A stretch of DNA of 64,000 nucleotides from Dehalococcoidia bacterium (GTDB lineage Bacteria; Chloroflexota; Dehalococcoidia; SZUA-161; SpSt-899). The DNA is taken from NCBI GenBank assembly GCA_028711995.1, contig JAQTRE010000001.1:33799-97798 (forward strand), read 5' to 3'. Below, in pieces: positions 36,561 to 46,712 of this stretch. A program made the position numbers and the translations under genes. The notes under the pieces are model-generated. The model saw only the letters and a program-made list of their open reading frames with translations, was not told the origin of the DNA and made no database searches. Position 1 is the first letter of the stretch; each line of letters opens with the position of its first letter.

Positions 36561-37706
36561 TTAACAGAGGTTGCGCGACTTCAGCGACTTGATATACCCT
36601 TTATAGTTTCTGAGGGTCTCCTCAAGGTGGTCGCCGCCAAATTTCTCCAGAACCGCTTCCGCCAGAACCAGCGCCAGCATTGCCTCGCCGATAACGCCAG
36701 CCGCCGGGACCACACAGGTATCGGCTCGTTCGACATGGCCCGGCACTTTCTCTCCGGTCTTGAGATCGACTGAAGCCAACGGGCTGAGAATGGTAGCGAT
36801 GGGCTTGATCGCCGCTTGAACGACGATCGGCTCGCCATTGGTCATGCCGCCTTCAATTCCCCCGGCCCAGTTGGTGGGACGCTTGAATCCCGGCTCGATC
36901 ACATCCTGAACCTGCGATCCGCTCAGATCGGCAACTGCAAATCCGGCGCCGATCTCCACACCCTTGACGGCCGGGATGCTCATCATCGCCTGGGCGATCT
37001 TGCCGCTCATCCGCCGATCCCAGTGAACGTGACTTCCCAGGCCAATCGGGACGCCCTTGGCAATCACTTCAAAGGCTCCGCCGACGCTATCTCCGGCCGC
37101 CTTGGCGGCATCGATGGCGGCCATCATTCCCTTCTCCGCCTCCGCGTCGGCACAACGCACTGCCGATGATTCAACCCTGGTCCAATCGATCGGCTCAACT
37201 ACCTCGGCCCAACACCCGCCGATGGCAGTGACATGACTGCGGATTTCGATGCCGAATTCCTCAAGGAATCTCCGGGCAACAGCTCCAACCGCAACTCTGG
37301 CCGCCGTTTCCCTGGCGCTGGCCCGTTCCAGGACAGGTCGAATATCATCAAAATTATACTTGCTGACGCCGGCGAGGTCGGCATGTCCGGGGCGAAGGCG
37401 GGTAACCGGCTCGGTTTTCCCTTTGACCGGAGAGACGCTCATCTTCTCTTGCCAGTTCTCCCAGTCTTTATTCCAGATCAAAAGGGAAATAGGGCTTCCG
37501 ATGGTCAGACCGTGCCTGACACCGGAAATGATCTCCGCCCGGTCCTGCTCGATCTGCATCCGCCCCCCTCTCCCATAGCCCCCCTGCCGCCGTTTGAGAT
37601 CGGCCGCGATATAATCCTCACTCAGGGAGAGTCCGGCCGGAACCCCTTCGAGGATAGCGATGAGCGCTTTTCCGTGTGATTCGCCTGCTGTCAAGAATCT
37701 GAACAT
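36561..37706 (-). CDS. aroC: Chorismate synthase
   Basis: N-terminus MFRFLTAGESHGKAL and overall match to AroC. Confidence 0.9.
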   Translation of the reverse strand: MFRFLTAGESHGKALIAILEGVPAGLSLSEDYIAADLKRRQGGYGRGGRMQIEQDRAEIISGVRHGLTIGSPISLLIWNKDWENWQEKMSVSPVKGKTEPVTRLRPGHADLAGVSKYNFDDIRPVLERASARETAARVAVGAVARRFLEEFGIEIRSHVTAIGGCWAEVVEPIDWTRVESSAVRCADAEAEKGMMAAIDAAKAAGDSVGGAFEVIAKGVPIGLGSHVHWDRRMSGKIAQAMMSIPAVKGVEIGAGFAVADLSGSQVQDVIEPGFKRPTNWAGGIEGGMTNGEPIVVQAAIKPIATILSPLASVDLKTGEKVPGHVERADTCVVPAAGVIGEAMLALVLAEAVLEKFGGDHLEETLRNYKGYIKSLKSRNLC

Positions 37707-37868
37707 CTTTCCCCCTCATCCGTGTCATCGCAAGCCCTTCGACTATGTCATTCTGAGTAGAGCGAAGAATCTCTGTGCTGCTCAGGGTAAACTCCGCGGA
37801 GCACAAATCCTATCCTATCGCTCTGAGATTGCTTCGTCGCCTACGGCTCCCCGCAATGACATCCGGAT

Positions 37869-38711
37869 TCAAACCAAGGCACCCCCCGCCTTCCCCATCA
37901 TTATATCAACCGGTGCGGTCCGACCTGTCCAGAGTTCAAACGCCAGCACTCCTTGATAAACCAGCATCGAAAGCCCTCCCAGTGTTCGCGCCCCTGCTCT
38001 CTCCGCCATCTGTAGGAGCGGCGTCTTAATAGGATTATACACTACGTCATAGACCAGCGATCCGGGAGAGATCAGTTTCTCATCCACCGGCGATCGCTTT
38101 TCACCGGGGCTATGCTTCATCCCCAGCGGTGTGCAGTTAACCAGTAAATCAGCCGTGGAGACTGCCTTCCTGAATTCAGCCGATTTCTCTGATGTCAGCA
38201 CAGAAACCTGCTTTGCTTCAAGGTCAGAAGCCAGCTTCCCCGCTCTGGCAGCATCGATATCAAACAGCGCCAGGGATCTCACACCTGACTTGACCAAAAC
38301 AAAACCGATGGCTCTGGCCACACCGCCGGCACCGATTATGGCCACCTTTTTATCTTGCGGATCGAATTTTCCTTGTTCCTTAAGCGCCCTCAGAAATCCC
38401 CCGGCGTCGGTGTTATATCCGATCAGTATACCGTCCCGCTTGACGATGGTATTTACCGCGCCGATATCGGAAGCCATTGGGTCCAGATAATCCATGAGCC
38501 TCAAGACCGCTTCTTTATAGGGCACGGTCACATTAGCGCCCAGCTTTTCAGCGGAGCGAATATCCTTCACCACCTGGCTCAAGTTCCCCGGCGGGGTTTC
38601 CCACAGCTCATAACGGATATCGAGTCCCAGATGATCGAAGGCCGCCTGCTGAAAAGCCGGGGAAATCGAGTGTCCCAGCGGATAGCCGATTAAGCCGACT
38701 TTCTGTGTCAT
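37869..38711 (-). CDS. aroE: Shikimate dehydrogenase
   Basis: GLIGYPLGHSISPAFQQAAF...VTVPYKEAV...GAVNT motifs. Confidence 0.85.
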   Translation of the reverse strand: MTQKVGLIGYPLGHSISPAFQQAAFDHLGLDIRYELWETPPGNLSQVVKDIRSAEKLGANVTVPYKEAVLRLMDYLDPMASDIGAVNTIVKRDGILIGYNTDAGGFLRALKEQGKFDPQDKKVAIIGAGGVARAIGFVLVKSGVRSLALFDIDAARAGKLASDLEAKQVSVLTSEKSAEFRKAVSTADLLVNCTPLGMKHSPGEKRSPVDEKLISPGSLVYDVVYNPIKTPLLQMAERAGARTLGGLSMLVYQGVLAFELWTGRTAPVDIMMGKAGGALV

Positions 38712-38778
38712 GGCAATATATTCCTAAGATACCAAAAATAGGAGAGAGCGGATAGCCCTGCCTCTTTTCGTTGTGCTA

Positions 38779-41211
38779 TCAAGATTCGTCATAGAGCCGC
38801 TTGAGCGTGTCAATCCGATCCTTATCGCCAGCCAAAAGGACAAGCGACGTTGTTTCCGTATTGCAGCCTCCGGCCGGAGACCCGTCCGGCTTGATACCGG
38901 TCCTGATACCCCCGCTGATCGGGTCTTGGTTGGCCCGAATACGCGCCGCCACCTGTTGGGAATAAACAAAGGGCTCATCAAGCACTTGCACCACTATCAA
39001 AAGAAGAGCCAGTTTGTAAGTGGCTGCCTCATTTCTTACGCCATTTTCCATCGCTGGTCTATCCCATATGGCAACCGAATTGCTGTCGAACATCTCCAGC
39101 ACCTGTCGAAGGTACTGACGAGCACGCTCAGCGTCCCCTTTGCGCCATTCCTGGATGGCGTACTCCAGCAGGACATCTGCGTAATCGCTGATCGGCTCCA
39201 GAACCGAGTCCACCCGATTTCCGCCGATTACAACAAAATCCTCGCCGTCATCCTCAATATAGGCCTTCTTTTGAATGCTGGGAGGCGGGTCTTCGATTCT
39301 ACCGCCGAAAAGTATATCCGGCAGATCAGCTGAAGAGTAGGGGGCATAACCAGCGCTAGTCAACTTCTGAGTGATATCTCGGGCAATCTCCGGGGCATAA
39401 GGCTCTAAAGCCAACGCTGCCAACGCGCTATCGCCGAGCCAATAAACCTTGTCCATAGTGTAGAATCTGGAATCAGACCATGGCGGAGGAACCGCCCATT
39501 CCTCTTTCTGTAAAGGATCAAACTGCCAGCCTCCGGGAGGATCGGATTCGCGTATAAGATGGAGATCGCCATTGTATTTGGCGCGAAGGTAGTCGACCGC
39601 CTTATCAATATAACAAGTAGCAGAATATCCATGGCGGATATTCTGCCAGGAATCGGCCTCCGAACGAGTAATCCCTAAATAAGAATCGCCGTAGAGCGCG
39701 CTTGATTCTATTTGAGTATTTTCCCACCATTCGTTCCAGCTGGTGATGAATATCCAGTCGGGATCAGTGGCAACAGCGTTTGCCCACATTCCGCGATAGG
39801 TTTCCCCCTCGTTTCGGGGAAGTACAGCTCCGGTGCGGTCTGGGAGCAAACGATCATCATAGCCAGACATCACCGTCGCCGCCCACAATTTGGGCTTGCC
39901 GTCTTTTTGCAACAGGTGATAGTACCGGGTTGCCTTTGCAGCCTGCCCCATCTCAGGGGTATTCGTTGCCGCCAGGCCATAATCGTGAAGCCCGTCAAAA
40001 ACCTCCAGCTGCTCAGCATCGCCAAAGCCCATACAGATGAAGAAAGCATCGAGGCCTTTCGAGCGAAGTTCCCAAAAAACTTCCTTCCATGTATCCAGTT
40101 CAATGCCGCCTGATGCCCACACAACGATCAATGGCCTTCCATCAACCCGTTCATACGCCGGATGAATGGCACGCTTGGTCAGCAAGTAGGTCAACCAGTC
40201 AATCAATTCATTTTTATCGCGTCCCTTTTGAGTCTTGCCGGATATCGTTTCAAAATAGGCCGCCACCTTGAAGTTCTCTCTTTCTGCGCGGTCGAGAAGA
40301 ACTTCCAGATTTTCGTCGGTATAATCTCCCGGCCCCCACCATGAACTCAGGAAGCCGTCTATTCCGGCGCCTTTTGCCTCGGTGATCTGTCGCGAAATAT
40401 CCTCAGCATTATCTGAGCTGTACAGAGTAGCCGGTTTATCAAGGAGCGTCTGATTGTTCCAGGAATCGTTATTGTACCAGGGATAATAGAACGCCCAGAC
40501 GAGCGGCTCGTAGTAATGCTCAACCGCCCTCTCCAGAGGCTGGAGTTGCGAGAGAGCCGATAGATCAAGAGAAGTAATCCACAAGTTGGTCACATCACCT
40601 TTAATCACATCATCGTGACAAAACTTGGCGATTTGCACTATGCGTCCGTTTTCCTCCACGTTGTACACTCGCAGGATGCTTTCATTCAAATCGCCCCGTT
40701 TGAAAGTCAATTGAAGGGACTTTGCGGACAAGGATGCGGAACCATAGTAACCTGCGGAGATCGCATAGTCACCGATGAGGGTCACGCTATTTTCGGCCCT
40801 GGCGTTTTCCACGGACTGATCTATGTGCATGCCATCAACTGCACACCCGACGCTGGCATAGTCGCCAGATACACTGACTTGCCTTGAGGAAAGCACCGGC
40901 GCAGGATCAAAACTGAGGCTCGCCCAGTCCGAGGTGGTGGTGAATTCGAAGCGGAGGAGATAGTGGGAAGTCAGTTCAGTGCCGCTTAATGCTAACGTCG
41001 AACTATCGATAGGATCAGGAGTTTTTTCGGTAAGGCCTTCAAGCTTTCCTTCGAGGTCTTCTATTCGGAGTGAGCTATCGGCGAGCTGCTGCTCTAACGC
41101 AGAGACCTTCCGCTCCAATTCATCGATCCGATCCGAATCGGAATTGGAGCAGGCAGGAATGGCAGCCCCCAGAAGACACATCAGCCAGACGAACAGCAAA
41201 GTTCGCTTCAT
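38779..41211 (-). CDS. Large lipoprotein with a coiled-coil N-terminus and a TIM-barrel glycoside-hydrolase-like domain (GH99-like?)
   Basis: Lipobox LLGAAIPAC; AFYYPWYNNDSWN motif shared with the downstream paralog. Confidence 0.4.
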   Translation of the reverse strand: MKRTLLFVWLMCLLGAAIPACSNSDSDRIDELERKVSALEQQLADSSLRIEDLEGKLEGLTEKTPDPIDSSTLALSGTELTSHYLLRFEFTTTSDWASLSFDPAPVLSSRQVSVSGDYASVGCAVDGMHIDQSVENARAENSVTLIGDYAISAGYYGSASLSAKSLQLTFKRGDLNESILRVYNVEENGRIVQIAKFCHDDVIKGDVTNLWITSLDLSALSQLQPLERAVEHYYEPLVWAFYYPWYNNDSWNNQTLLDKPATLYSSDNAEDISRQITEAKGAGIDGFLSSWWGPGDYTDENLEVLLDRAERENFKVAAYFETISGKTQKGRDKNELIDWLTYLLTKRAIHPAYERVDGRPLIVVWASGGIELDTWKEVFWELRSKGLDAFFICMGFGDAEQLEVFDGLHDYGLAATNTPEMGQAAKATRYYHLLQKDGKPKLWAATVMSGYDDRLLPDRTGAVLPRNEGETYRGMWANAVATDPDWIFITSWNEWWENTQIESSALYGDSYLGITRSEADSWQNIRHGYSATCYIDKAVDYLRAKYNGDLHLIRESDPPGGWQFDPLQKEEWAVPPPWSDSRFYTMDKVYWLGDSALAALALEPYAPEIARDITQKLTSAGYAPYSSADLPDILFGGRIEDPPPSIQKKAYIEDDGEDFVVIGGNRVDSVLEPISDYADVLLEYAIQEWRKGDAERARQYLRQVLEMFDSNSVAIWDRPAMENGVRNEAATYKLALLLIVVQVLDEPFVYSQQVAARIRANQDPISGGIRTGIKPDGSPAGGCNTETTSLVLLAGDKDRIDTLKRLYDES

Positions 41212-42266
41212 TCAGACCTCACTGTCAATTCGCCAATCAAATCGATATACTTCAGGCCATATTCTCTTGACGGTTCTATCTCAGAGCCTTCATGCCATTC
41301 GTTGAAGGTCATGACATTGACCATATTGTGGTTGCCGTCGAGATTGCCTATGGCAATGGCCCATGACTCACGCAGCGTCTCACCGGCACCTCGGGAAATC
41401 GGCGTATTGCACCTGTCGTCGTAGCCCAAAATCACCGGAGGGACAAAACCCATGCCATGAGTAACAGCCCCTTTACGATACTCGGCAATCCGATTGCCGA
41501 TTTCGGTGGGGAAGAATTCTTCTCGCTGAGGATCGCGCATGCACTCCTCGCAATGCATGACTCCTCCTGTGATGGCCTCGAAATATTTCTGCCATAAATT
41601 CCACTCACATTGAGCTACATCGTCGGGCAACCACCCCATCACATCGGCAATGTCATAGGTGTCATACAACATGCCATATTTAGCCAACGTGTCATCGAGG
41701 CTATCGCCGCACCAACCAGCGACCGGGTAGAAGAAGACCACCGGCTTCCCATCAACCCTCAAATAGTTGGGCTGATCAAAATACCTTGAAATGTACGCCA
41801 TATCATCCAGAAATTTTTGTCCCTTGGTGCGTTCGCCGTCAAAGGAGATGTCAAAGTTCTGAACAGACACATGCTCATATGTTGGGCTAAGATTGATCGC
41901 TGCGTCATAGAAAATGCAGAACTTGATACCCTTGGTATTTTCGAGACCTATCAACTGCCGAAAAACTTGGTCCGTCGGCGATCCCTGTTGCCCTGCCCAT
42001 TCTACAGAAAGAAAATCGATTCCTGCCTGAGCAGCCCATTCCAAATGCTGCTTGATGATCACGGTGTCGCTGCTATCGTATGGCCCTAAGCTCGGAGTAT
42101 TTGTGATACCTTCGGTCCATTTAGCCTGATTCCACCAAGGGTAATAGTTGGCCCCTACCAGTCTCACGTTTTCGGAGATATCTTGAGATGAACAGGAAAA
42201 ACCAAGAATTGATGCTAAAATCAGAGACAGCACGGTGGCGATTGGCAAAACCACAGCAACCTTCAC
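41208..42266 (-). CDS. Secreted glycoside-hydrolase-like protein, paralog of the C-terminal domain of the 38779-41211 product
   Basis: Signal peptide; GANYYPWWNQAKW motif. Confidence 0.4.
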   Translation of the reverse strand: MKVAVVLPIATVLSLILASILGFSCSSQDISENVRLVGANYYPWWNQAKWTEGITNTPSLGPYDSSDTVIIKQHLEWAAQAGIDFLSVEWAGQQGSPTDQVFRQLIGLENTKGIKFCIFYDAAINLSPTYEHVSVQNFDISFDGERTKGQKFLDDMAYISRYFDQPNYLRVDGKPVVFFYPVAGWCGDSLDDTLAKYGMLYDTYDIADVMGWLPDDVAQCEWNLWQKYFEAITGGVMHCEECMRDPQREEFFPTEIGNRIAEYRKGAVTHGMGFVPPVILGYDDRCNTPISRGAGETLRESWAIAIGNLDGNHNMVNVMTFNEWHEGSEIEPSREYGLKYIDLIGELTVRSE

Positions 42267-42284
42267 ATGCCCTCCAAGCTCAAT

Positions 42285-42743
42285 TCACTCTTGATCTGGC
42301 TCTCTCCCATCAAGAGAGGGAGAAGGCTCCTCCGGCCTGTGCTCATTGAGGTACCATTGTAAAATGAGGGCTGCAGCAGCCGTATCGCGCCGGGCTTTGA
42401 TTTGCTTGCGATTCCTTCCGGCATCGCGCATCATATCGGTGGCCATCGAAGTGGAAAGTTGCTCGTCAGACAATTCAACCGGGACATCGGTCAGCTTTAA
42501 GAGCGCTTCGGCAAAAGCCTGGGTTTTTTCCGCCTGATGGCCGATGGTGCCGTCCATCGATCGGGGATATCCCACCACAATCCGACCCACTTTGTGTTCT
42601 TTCACCAGAGCCAGAAGGGCATCGAACTCGGAGCCATCGCGTTTTCTCTCGATCACCGTCAGCGTGCTGGCCAGTATCTCCATCGGGTCGGACATCGCCA
42701 CGCCTATTCGCTTATCGCCGACATCCAGTCCCAGAATACGCAT
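42285..42743 (-). CDS. ruvX: Holliday-junction-resolvase-like pre-16S rRNA nuclease YqgF/RuvX
   Basis: MRILGLDVGDKRIGVAMSD ... RIVVGYP. Confidence 0.8.
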   Translation of the reverse strand: MRILGLDVGDKRIGVAMSDPMEILASTLTVIERKRDGSEFDALLALVKEHKVGRIVVGYPRSMDGTIGHQAEKTQAFAEALLKLTDVPVELSDEQLSTSMATDMMRDAGRNRKQIKARRDTAAAALILQWYLNEHRPEEPSPSLDGREPDQE

Positions 42744-42759
42744 AGCTCGCCCTTCTCGC

Positions 42760-43107
42760 TCAGCGGATTCTAAATCCTTCCCGATAAAGGGTTATCAGCT
42801 TCCCTTTACATACCTCAGCGTTATTTCCGCGCAGGAAACTATCCACCAGCGCGGTTTCTTCTTCCGACTTCAAATTGCCGTGCCGAATATAGATGATGCC
42901 TTCTGTTCTCTCAGCCGGAAACCGGAGAGGGTTGCTAAAATGATAATCCCTAGTTACCAAGATCGCTCGATGCTGTAATGCCAGCTTGTAGACATACTCA
43001 TCAGACACGCTTTTCTGGAGTTCGGAAACGGAGATTATCTCATCGCCACTGCCTCGTAATTTCACGACGAGATCATAGCTAACGTTCTCGTCGATAATTA
43101 TCCTCAC
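42760..43107 (-). CDS. DUF5615-family PIN-like toxin
   Basis: MRIIIDENVS...; paired with DUF433. Confidence 0.5.
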   Translation of the reverse strand: MRIIIDENVSYDLVVKLRGSGDEIISVSELQKSVSDEYVYKLALQHRAILVTRDYHFSNPLRFPAERTEGIIYIRHGNLKSEEETALVDSFLRGNNAEVCKGKLITLYREGFRIR

Positions 43108-43322
43108 TAGGAAGCTACCCTCTCGGTCGATAGGTACGCTGCATACTCAATACATGCGAGGATATCCTCCCGCTCCAATCGAGGAAAACTCCTCAAAACG
43201 GATTCATAGTCCTCTCCCGCTGCCAGATGGCTCAAAACCACACGGACAGGAATACGGGTTCCTTTTACGCAGGATTCTCCTCCGCAAATATTCGGGTCAG
43301 AAACAATCCTTGGATTCATCAC
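43107..43322 (-). CDS. DUF433-family antitoxin
   Basis: PNICGGESCVKGTRIPVRVVLSHLAAGE is the DUF433 signature. Confidence 0.6.
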   Translation of the reverse strand: MMNPRIVSDPNICGGESCVKGTRIPVRVVLSHLAAGEDYESVLRSFPRLEREDILACIEYAAYLSTERVAS

Positions 43323-43357
43323 ACACCCCCTTTATGTCAACATGGTCTTGGAGGACA

Positions 43358-45997
43358 TCATCCCTTTGCCACTAGCTTTGGCACCAGCTTCAGGGCCTCG
43401 TCTATTTTCGAGGCATCCTTGCCGCCCGCCTGGGCCATCTCCGGCCTGCCGCCCCCGCCTCCACCGGTCACCTGCGCCACCTGCTTAACGATCTTGCCCG
43501 CGTTGATCCCTTTCTTGACCATGTCCGGAGTAACCATCGCCAGGAAACGCGGATTGCCATTGAGGACCGCCCCCAGAACGATCACGCCGCTGCCGAGTTT
43601 GTCCTTCAGGAAATCCCCCGTCTGGCGGAGCAGGTCTTCATCGGAAGCTGAAACTCTGGCAGCCAGCACTTTGACCCCGTCTATTTCTTTGACGTCCTGA
43701 AGCAGTGCCTCCGCAGTCTTGCGCAGAAGCTGGCCTTCCATGTCTTTGGCCCGCTTGCGCTCGGCGCTCAGCTCCGCCAGCAGAGCCGTCACTTTCTGGG
43801 CAACCTCTGAAGGGTTGGTCTCCAATTGATCAGCCACGTTTTGAAGTGCAGAGAAACGCTGCTCCGTGTACTTCTCCGCCGCCCTTCCGGTTACGGCTTC
43901 AATTCGCCTCAGCCCGGAGCCGACGCTCTTTTCGCTGGTGACATGAAAAAAGCCGATTTGCCCCGTGCTGTTGAGATGGGTTCCGCCGCAAAGCTCCGCG
44001 CTGACGCGCTCGCCGGAATCGGCATCTCCGATCTGCACCAGCCTGACCTCCTCGCCATACTTTTCCCCGAAGAACGCCAGCGCCCCTTCGGCGGCAGCTT
44101 TTTTGAATGTGGTTACGCAAGAAGATACCGGCAGGTTTCGGCGGATGTGTTCGTTCACCAGGTACTGAACCTGAGCCAGTTCTTCTTTGCTCAAAGCAAT
44201 TAAATGGGTGAAGTCGAAGCGGAAATAATCGGGAGCGACCAGCGAGCCTCCTTGCCGCACCTGATCACCCAGAACTTTCCGTAAAGCGGCATGAAGCAGA
44301 TGAGTAGCCGTGTGGTTCCGGGCGATATCCAGCCGACGCTCCAGATCAACCTTCGCCTCCACAGAATCTCCGACCGAGATGGAGCCCTCTTCAACCTTGC
44401 CGACGTGCATCACCAGGCCATCAAGAGGTCTTTTAGCATCGGATACGGCGATACGCCCTTTCGGGGCGGTAATCTGACCGGCATCGCCCAGCTGTCCGCC
44501 CATCTCTCCATAGAACGGCGTTTGGGCAAGGATCACTTCTACTTCCTGGCCCTTCACAGCCGATTGCACCGACTGTCCCTCGATAATCAAACTCAGCACC
44601 TTCGTCTTCTGTGAGAGAAGATCATATCCCACGAATTCGGTCTCCGGCATATCCAGGCTTTCCCAGAATTTCTGGACCGATTTATCCGCCAGCCCGAATT
44701 TTTGAGCCTCCCGCGCCCGCTCTCGCTGAGCCTGCATCTCTTTATTGAAGCCCTCCAGATCAACTGAAAGGCCAGACTCAGCGGCGACTTCCATGGTGAT
44801 CTCCACAGGAAAGCCATAAGTATCGTACAACTTGAAAGCCTCTGCGCCGGAAATTGAGGCGGCCCCTTTCTTTTTACACGTTGAGACGATCTCATCAAGT
44901 AAATTCATCCCGGTATTCAGAGTCTGGTCAAATCGGGTTTCCTCCGCCTCGATGACTTTCAGAATATGATCCCGGCCGGTAGCCAGCTCCGGATAAAGAC
45001 CACCCATCCGGTCCATTACCACCTTCGACATTTTGGTCAAGAAAGCCTCTTCCAATCCCAGCTTCCTTCCGAACAGCGCAGCCCGCCGCAGCACTCGCCG
45101 CAGCACATAACCCCGGCCTTCGTTGGAGGGGATGACGCCGTCAGCGATGAGGAAAGTGACCGCCCGGCTGTGCTCGGCCACCACGCGCATAGCCTTCGTC
45201 ACGGATTCGCTCTCCCCGTATTTACGCCCGGAAAGCGCCGACACCTTTTCGATAATCGGACGGAAAATATCCGTTTCGTAGACCGTCGATTTGCCCTGCA
45301 TGACTGTGGCAATGCGCTCCAGCCCCATGCCGGTATCGATATTCGGTTTGGGCAGCAGGTGGCGCTTGCCCTGCTCATCCTGATTGAACTGGGTGAAAAC
45401 CAGGTTCCAGATCTCCAGGAATCGGCCGCAACTGCATTCCGGATTGCACTCGGGCTTGCAGCAACCCTTATCCTTGCCGAAGTCATAATGAATCTCGCTG
45501 CAGGGTCCGCAGGGACCGGTCTGTCCGGCAGGGCCCCAGAAATTGGACTTCTCACCCAATCTCACGATGCGCTCCTGGGGAACGCCAAGCTTGAGCCAGT
45601 ATTGCTCCGCTTCATCGTCATCGAGGAAGACCGTGATCCAGAGCTTATCTTTGGGTAAGTGCAGGCGATCGATGACCAGCTCCCACGCCCAGGCAATGGC
45701 TTCCTTTTTGAAGTAATCGCCCACGCTGAAGTTGCCCAGCATCTCAAAAAAGGTGAGGTGTCCGGCATCTCCCACGGAATCGATATCTGTGGTGCGAAAG
45801 CATTTCTGGCAAGAGGCCAGGCGCGGATTGGGCGGGACCATCTCGCCAGTGAAATAGGGCTTGATCTGAACCATCCCAGCAGTGGTCAATAAAAGAGTTG
45901 GGTCGCCGTGCGGCACAAGGGAAGAGCTGGGCAGCACAAGATGGCCCTTCTCCTCAAAGAATTTCAGGTACGCGGTTCTGATTTCATTACTGTTCAT
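43358..45997 (-). CDS. alaS: Alanine--tRNA ligase
   Basis: 879 aa with class II AlaRS motifs and the editing-domain HxxxH/CxxxH region (HTATHLLHAAL...ELCGGTH). Confidence 0.95.
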   Translation of the reverse strand: MNSNEIRTAYLKFFEEKGHLVLPSSSLVPHGDPTLLLTTAGMVQIKPYFTGEMVPPNPRLASCQKCFRTTDIDSVGDAGHLTFFEMLGNFSVGDYFKKEAIAWAWELVIDRLHLPKDKLWITVFLDDDEAEQYWLKLGVPQERIVRLGEKSNFWGPAGQTGPCGPCSEIHYDFGKDKGCCKPECNPECSCGRFLEIWNLVFTQFNQDEQGKRHLLPKPNIDTGMGLERIATVMQGKSTVYETDIFRPIIEKVSALSGRKYGESESVTKAMRVVAEHSRAVTFLIADGVIPSNEGRGYVLRRVLRRAALFGRKLGLEEAFLTKMSKVVMDRMGGLYPELATGRDHILKVIEAEETRFDQTLNTGMNLLDEIVSTCKKKGAASISGAEAFKLYDTYGFPVEITMEVAAESGLSVDLEGFNKEMQAQRERAREAQKFGLADKSVQKFWESLDMPETEFVGYDLLSQKTKVLSLIIEGQSVQSAVKGQEVEVILAQTPFYGEMGGQLGDAGQITAPKGRIAVSDAKRPLDGLVMHVGKVEEGSISVGDSVEAKVDLERRLDIARNHTATHLLHAALRKVLGDQVRQGGSLVAPDYFRFDFTHLIALSKEELAQVQYLVNEHIRRNLPVSSCVTTFKKAAAEGALAFFGEKYGEEVRLVQIGDADSGERVSAELCGGTHLNSTGQIGFFHVTSEKSVGSGLRRIEAVTGRAAEKYTEQRFSALQNVADQLETNPSEVAQKVTALLAELSAERKRAKDMEGQLLRKTAEALLQDVKEIDGVKVLAARVSASDEDLLRQTGDFLKDKLGSGVIVLGAVLNGNPRFLAMVTPDMVKKGINAGKIVKQVAQVTGGGGGGRPEMAQAGGKDASKIDEALKLVPKLVAKG

Positions 45998-46070
45998 AGA
46001 ATCCTCAGGCTTGATTTTAGGCTAACGCAGAGGGTATGTCAACGAAGGTGAACTGGGGGAGGATATCTGC

Positions 46071-46096
46071 AAAAAGCCCTCGCCAAGGCGAGGGCT
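46071..46096 (-). terminator. Rho-independent terminator (hairpin AGCCCTCGCC-AAGG-GGCGAGGGCT followed by a U tract on the minus strand)
   Basis: Perfect 10-bp stem plus TTTTT, downstream of the 46128-46433 gene and upstream of alaS. Confidence 0.5.
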
Positions 46097-46127
46097 TTCT
46101 CAATTCGATTTACCTGGACCGGGACCT

Positions 46128-46433
46128 CTAGACTGGTTTTTGTGTGATTGCCCCGAACGGCGCAACCCCAAAAGTTCCGATCCATTCGGCGGCTGTATCC
46201 TTATGATCTTCTATGGCCCGCTTGATCTCCTCGTAAACCGCCTCAGGGGGTCTTGAAGGAAGGAAGGAGAGCATTCTGGCCAGCTCTCTCAGTTCCTCTT
46301 CCGACATGACCATCAACCGCAGATTGGCCTGAGATCGAAGCCGCTTGGCCTCCTCTTCATACCCCTCTGATTCCGCCATGGCCGCGCGGATGGAACTCAA
46401 AATATGATATCTCACCAAGTTAAAATTCGCCAT
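46128..46433 (-). CDS. Hypothetical protein
   Basis: ORF. Confidence 0.4.
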   Translation of the reverse strand: MANFNLVRYHILSSIRAAMAESEGYEEEAKRLRSQANLRLMVMSEEELRELARMLSFLPSRPPEAVYEEIKRAIEDHKDTAAEWIGTFGVAPFGAITQKPV

Positions 46434-46712
46434 CGCTTAACCTCCATGCCGAACGTATCTTTCGACTACACGAATATGCTATCAGAGGAAGGTTAAAAAA
46501 GGGGTTAAGGGAAAGTAAACATTGAGTAACAGTATGGTAATGGTCGGTGAATGCTCTTCCGTCTTTGGGGCGATAAATCGTCCCGTCCATCCCAGGGTTC
46601 AGTCTAACCGATAGCATTATAACAGAGAAAAATTGAAGGGGGAATAGCCATTTTTGGGCGGCCTTACTGACCTGTCGCCAGCTTCCAAAAGGGCAACGTT
46701 TCATAGGTGTCA

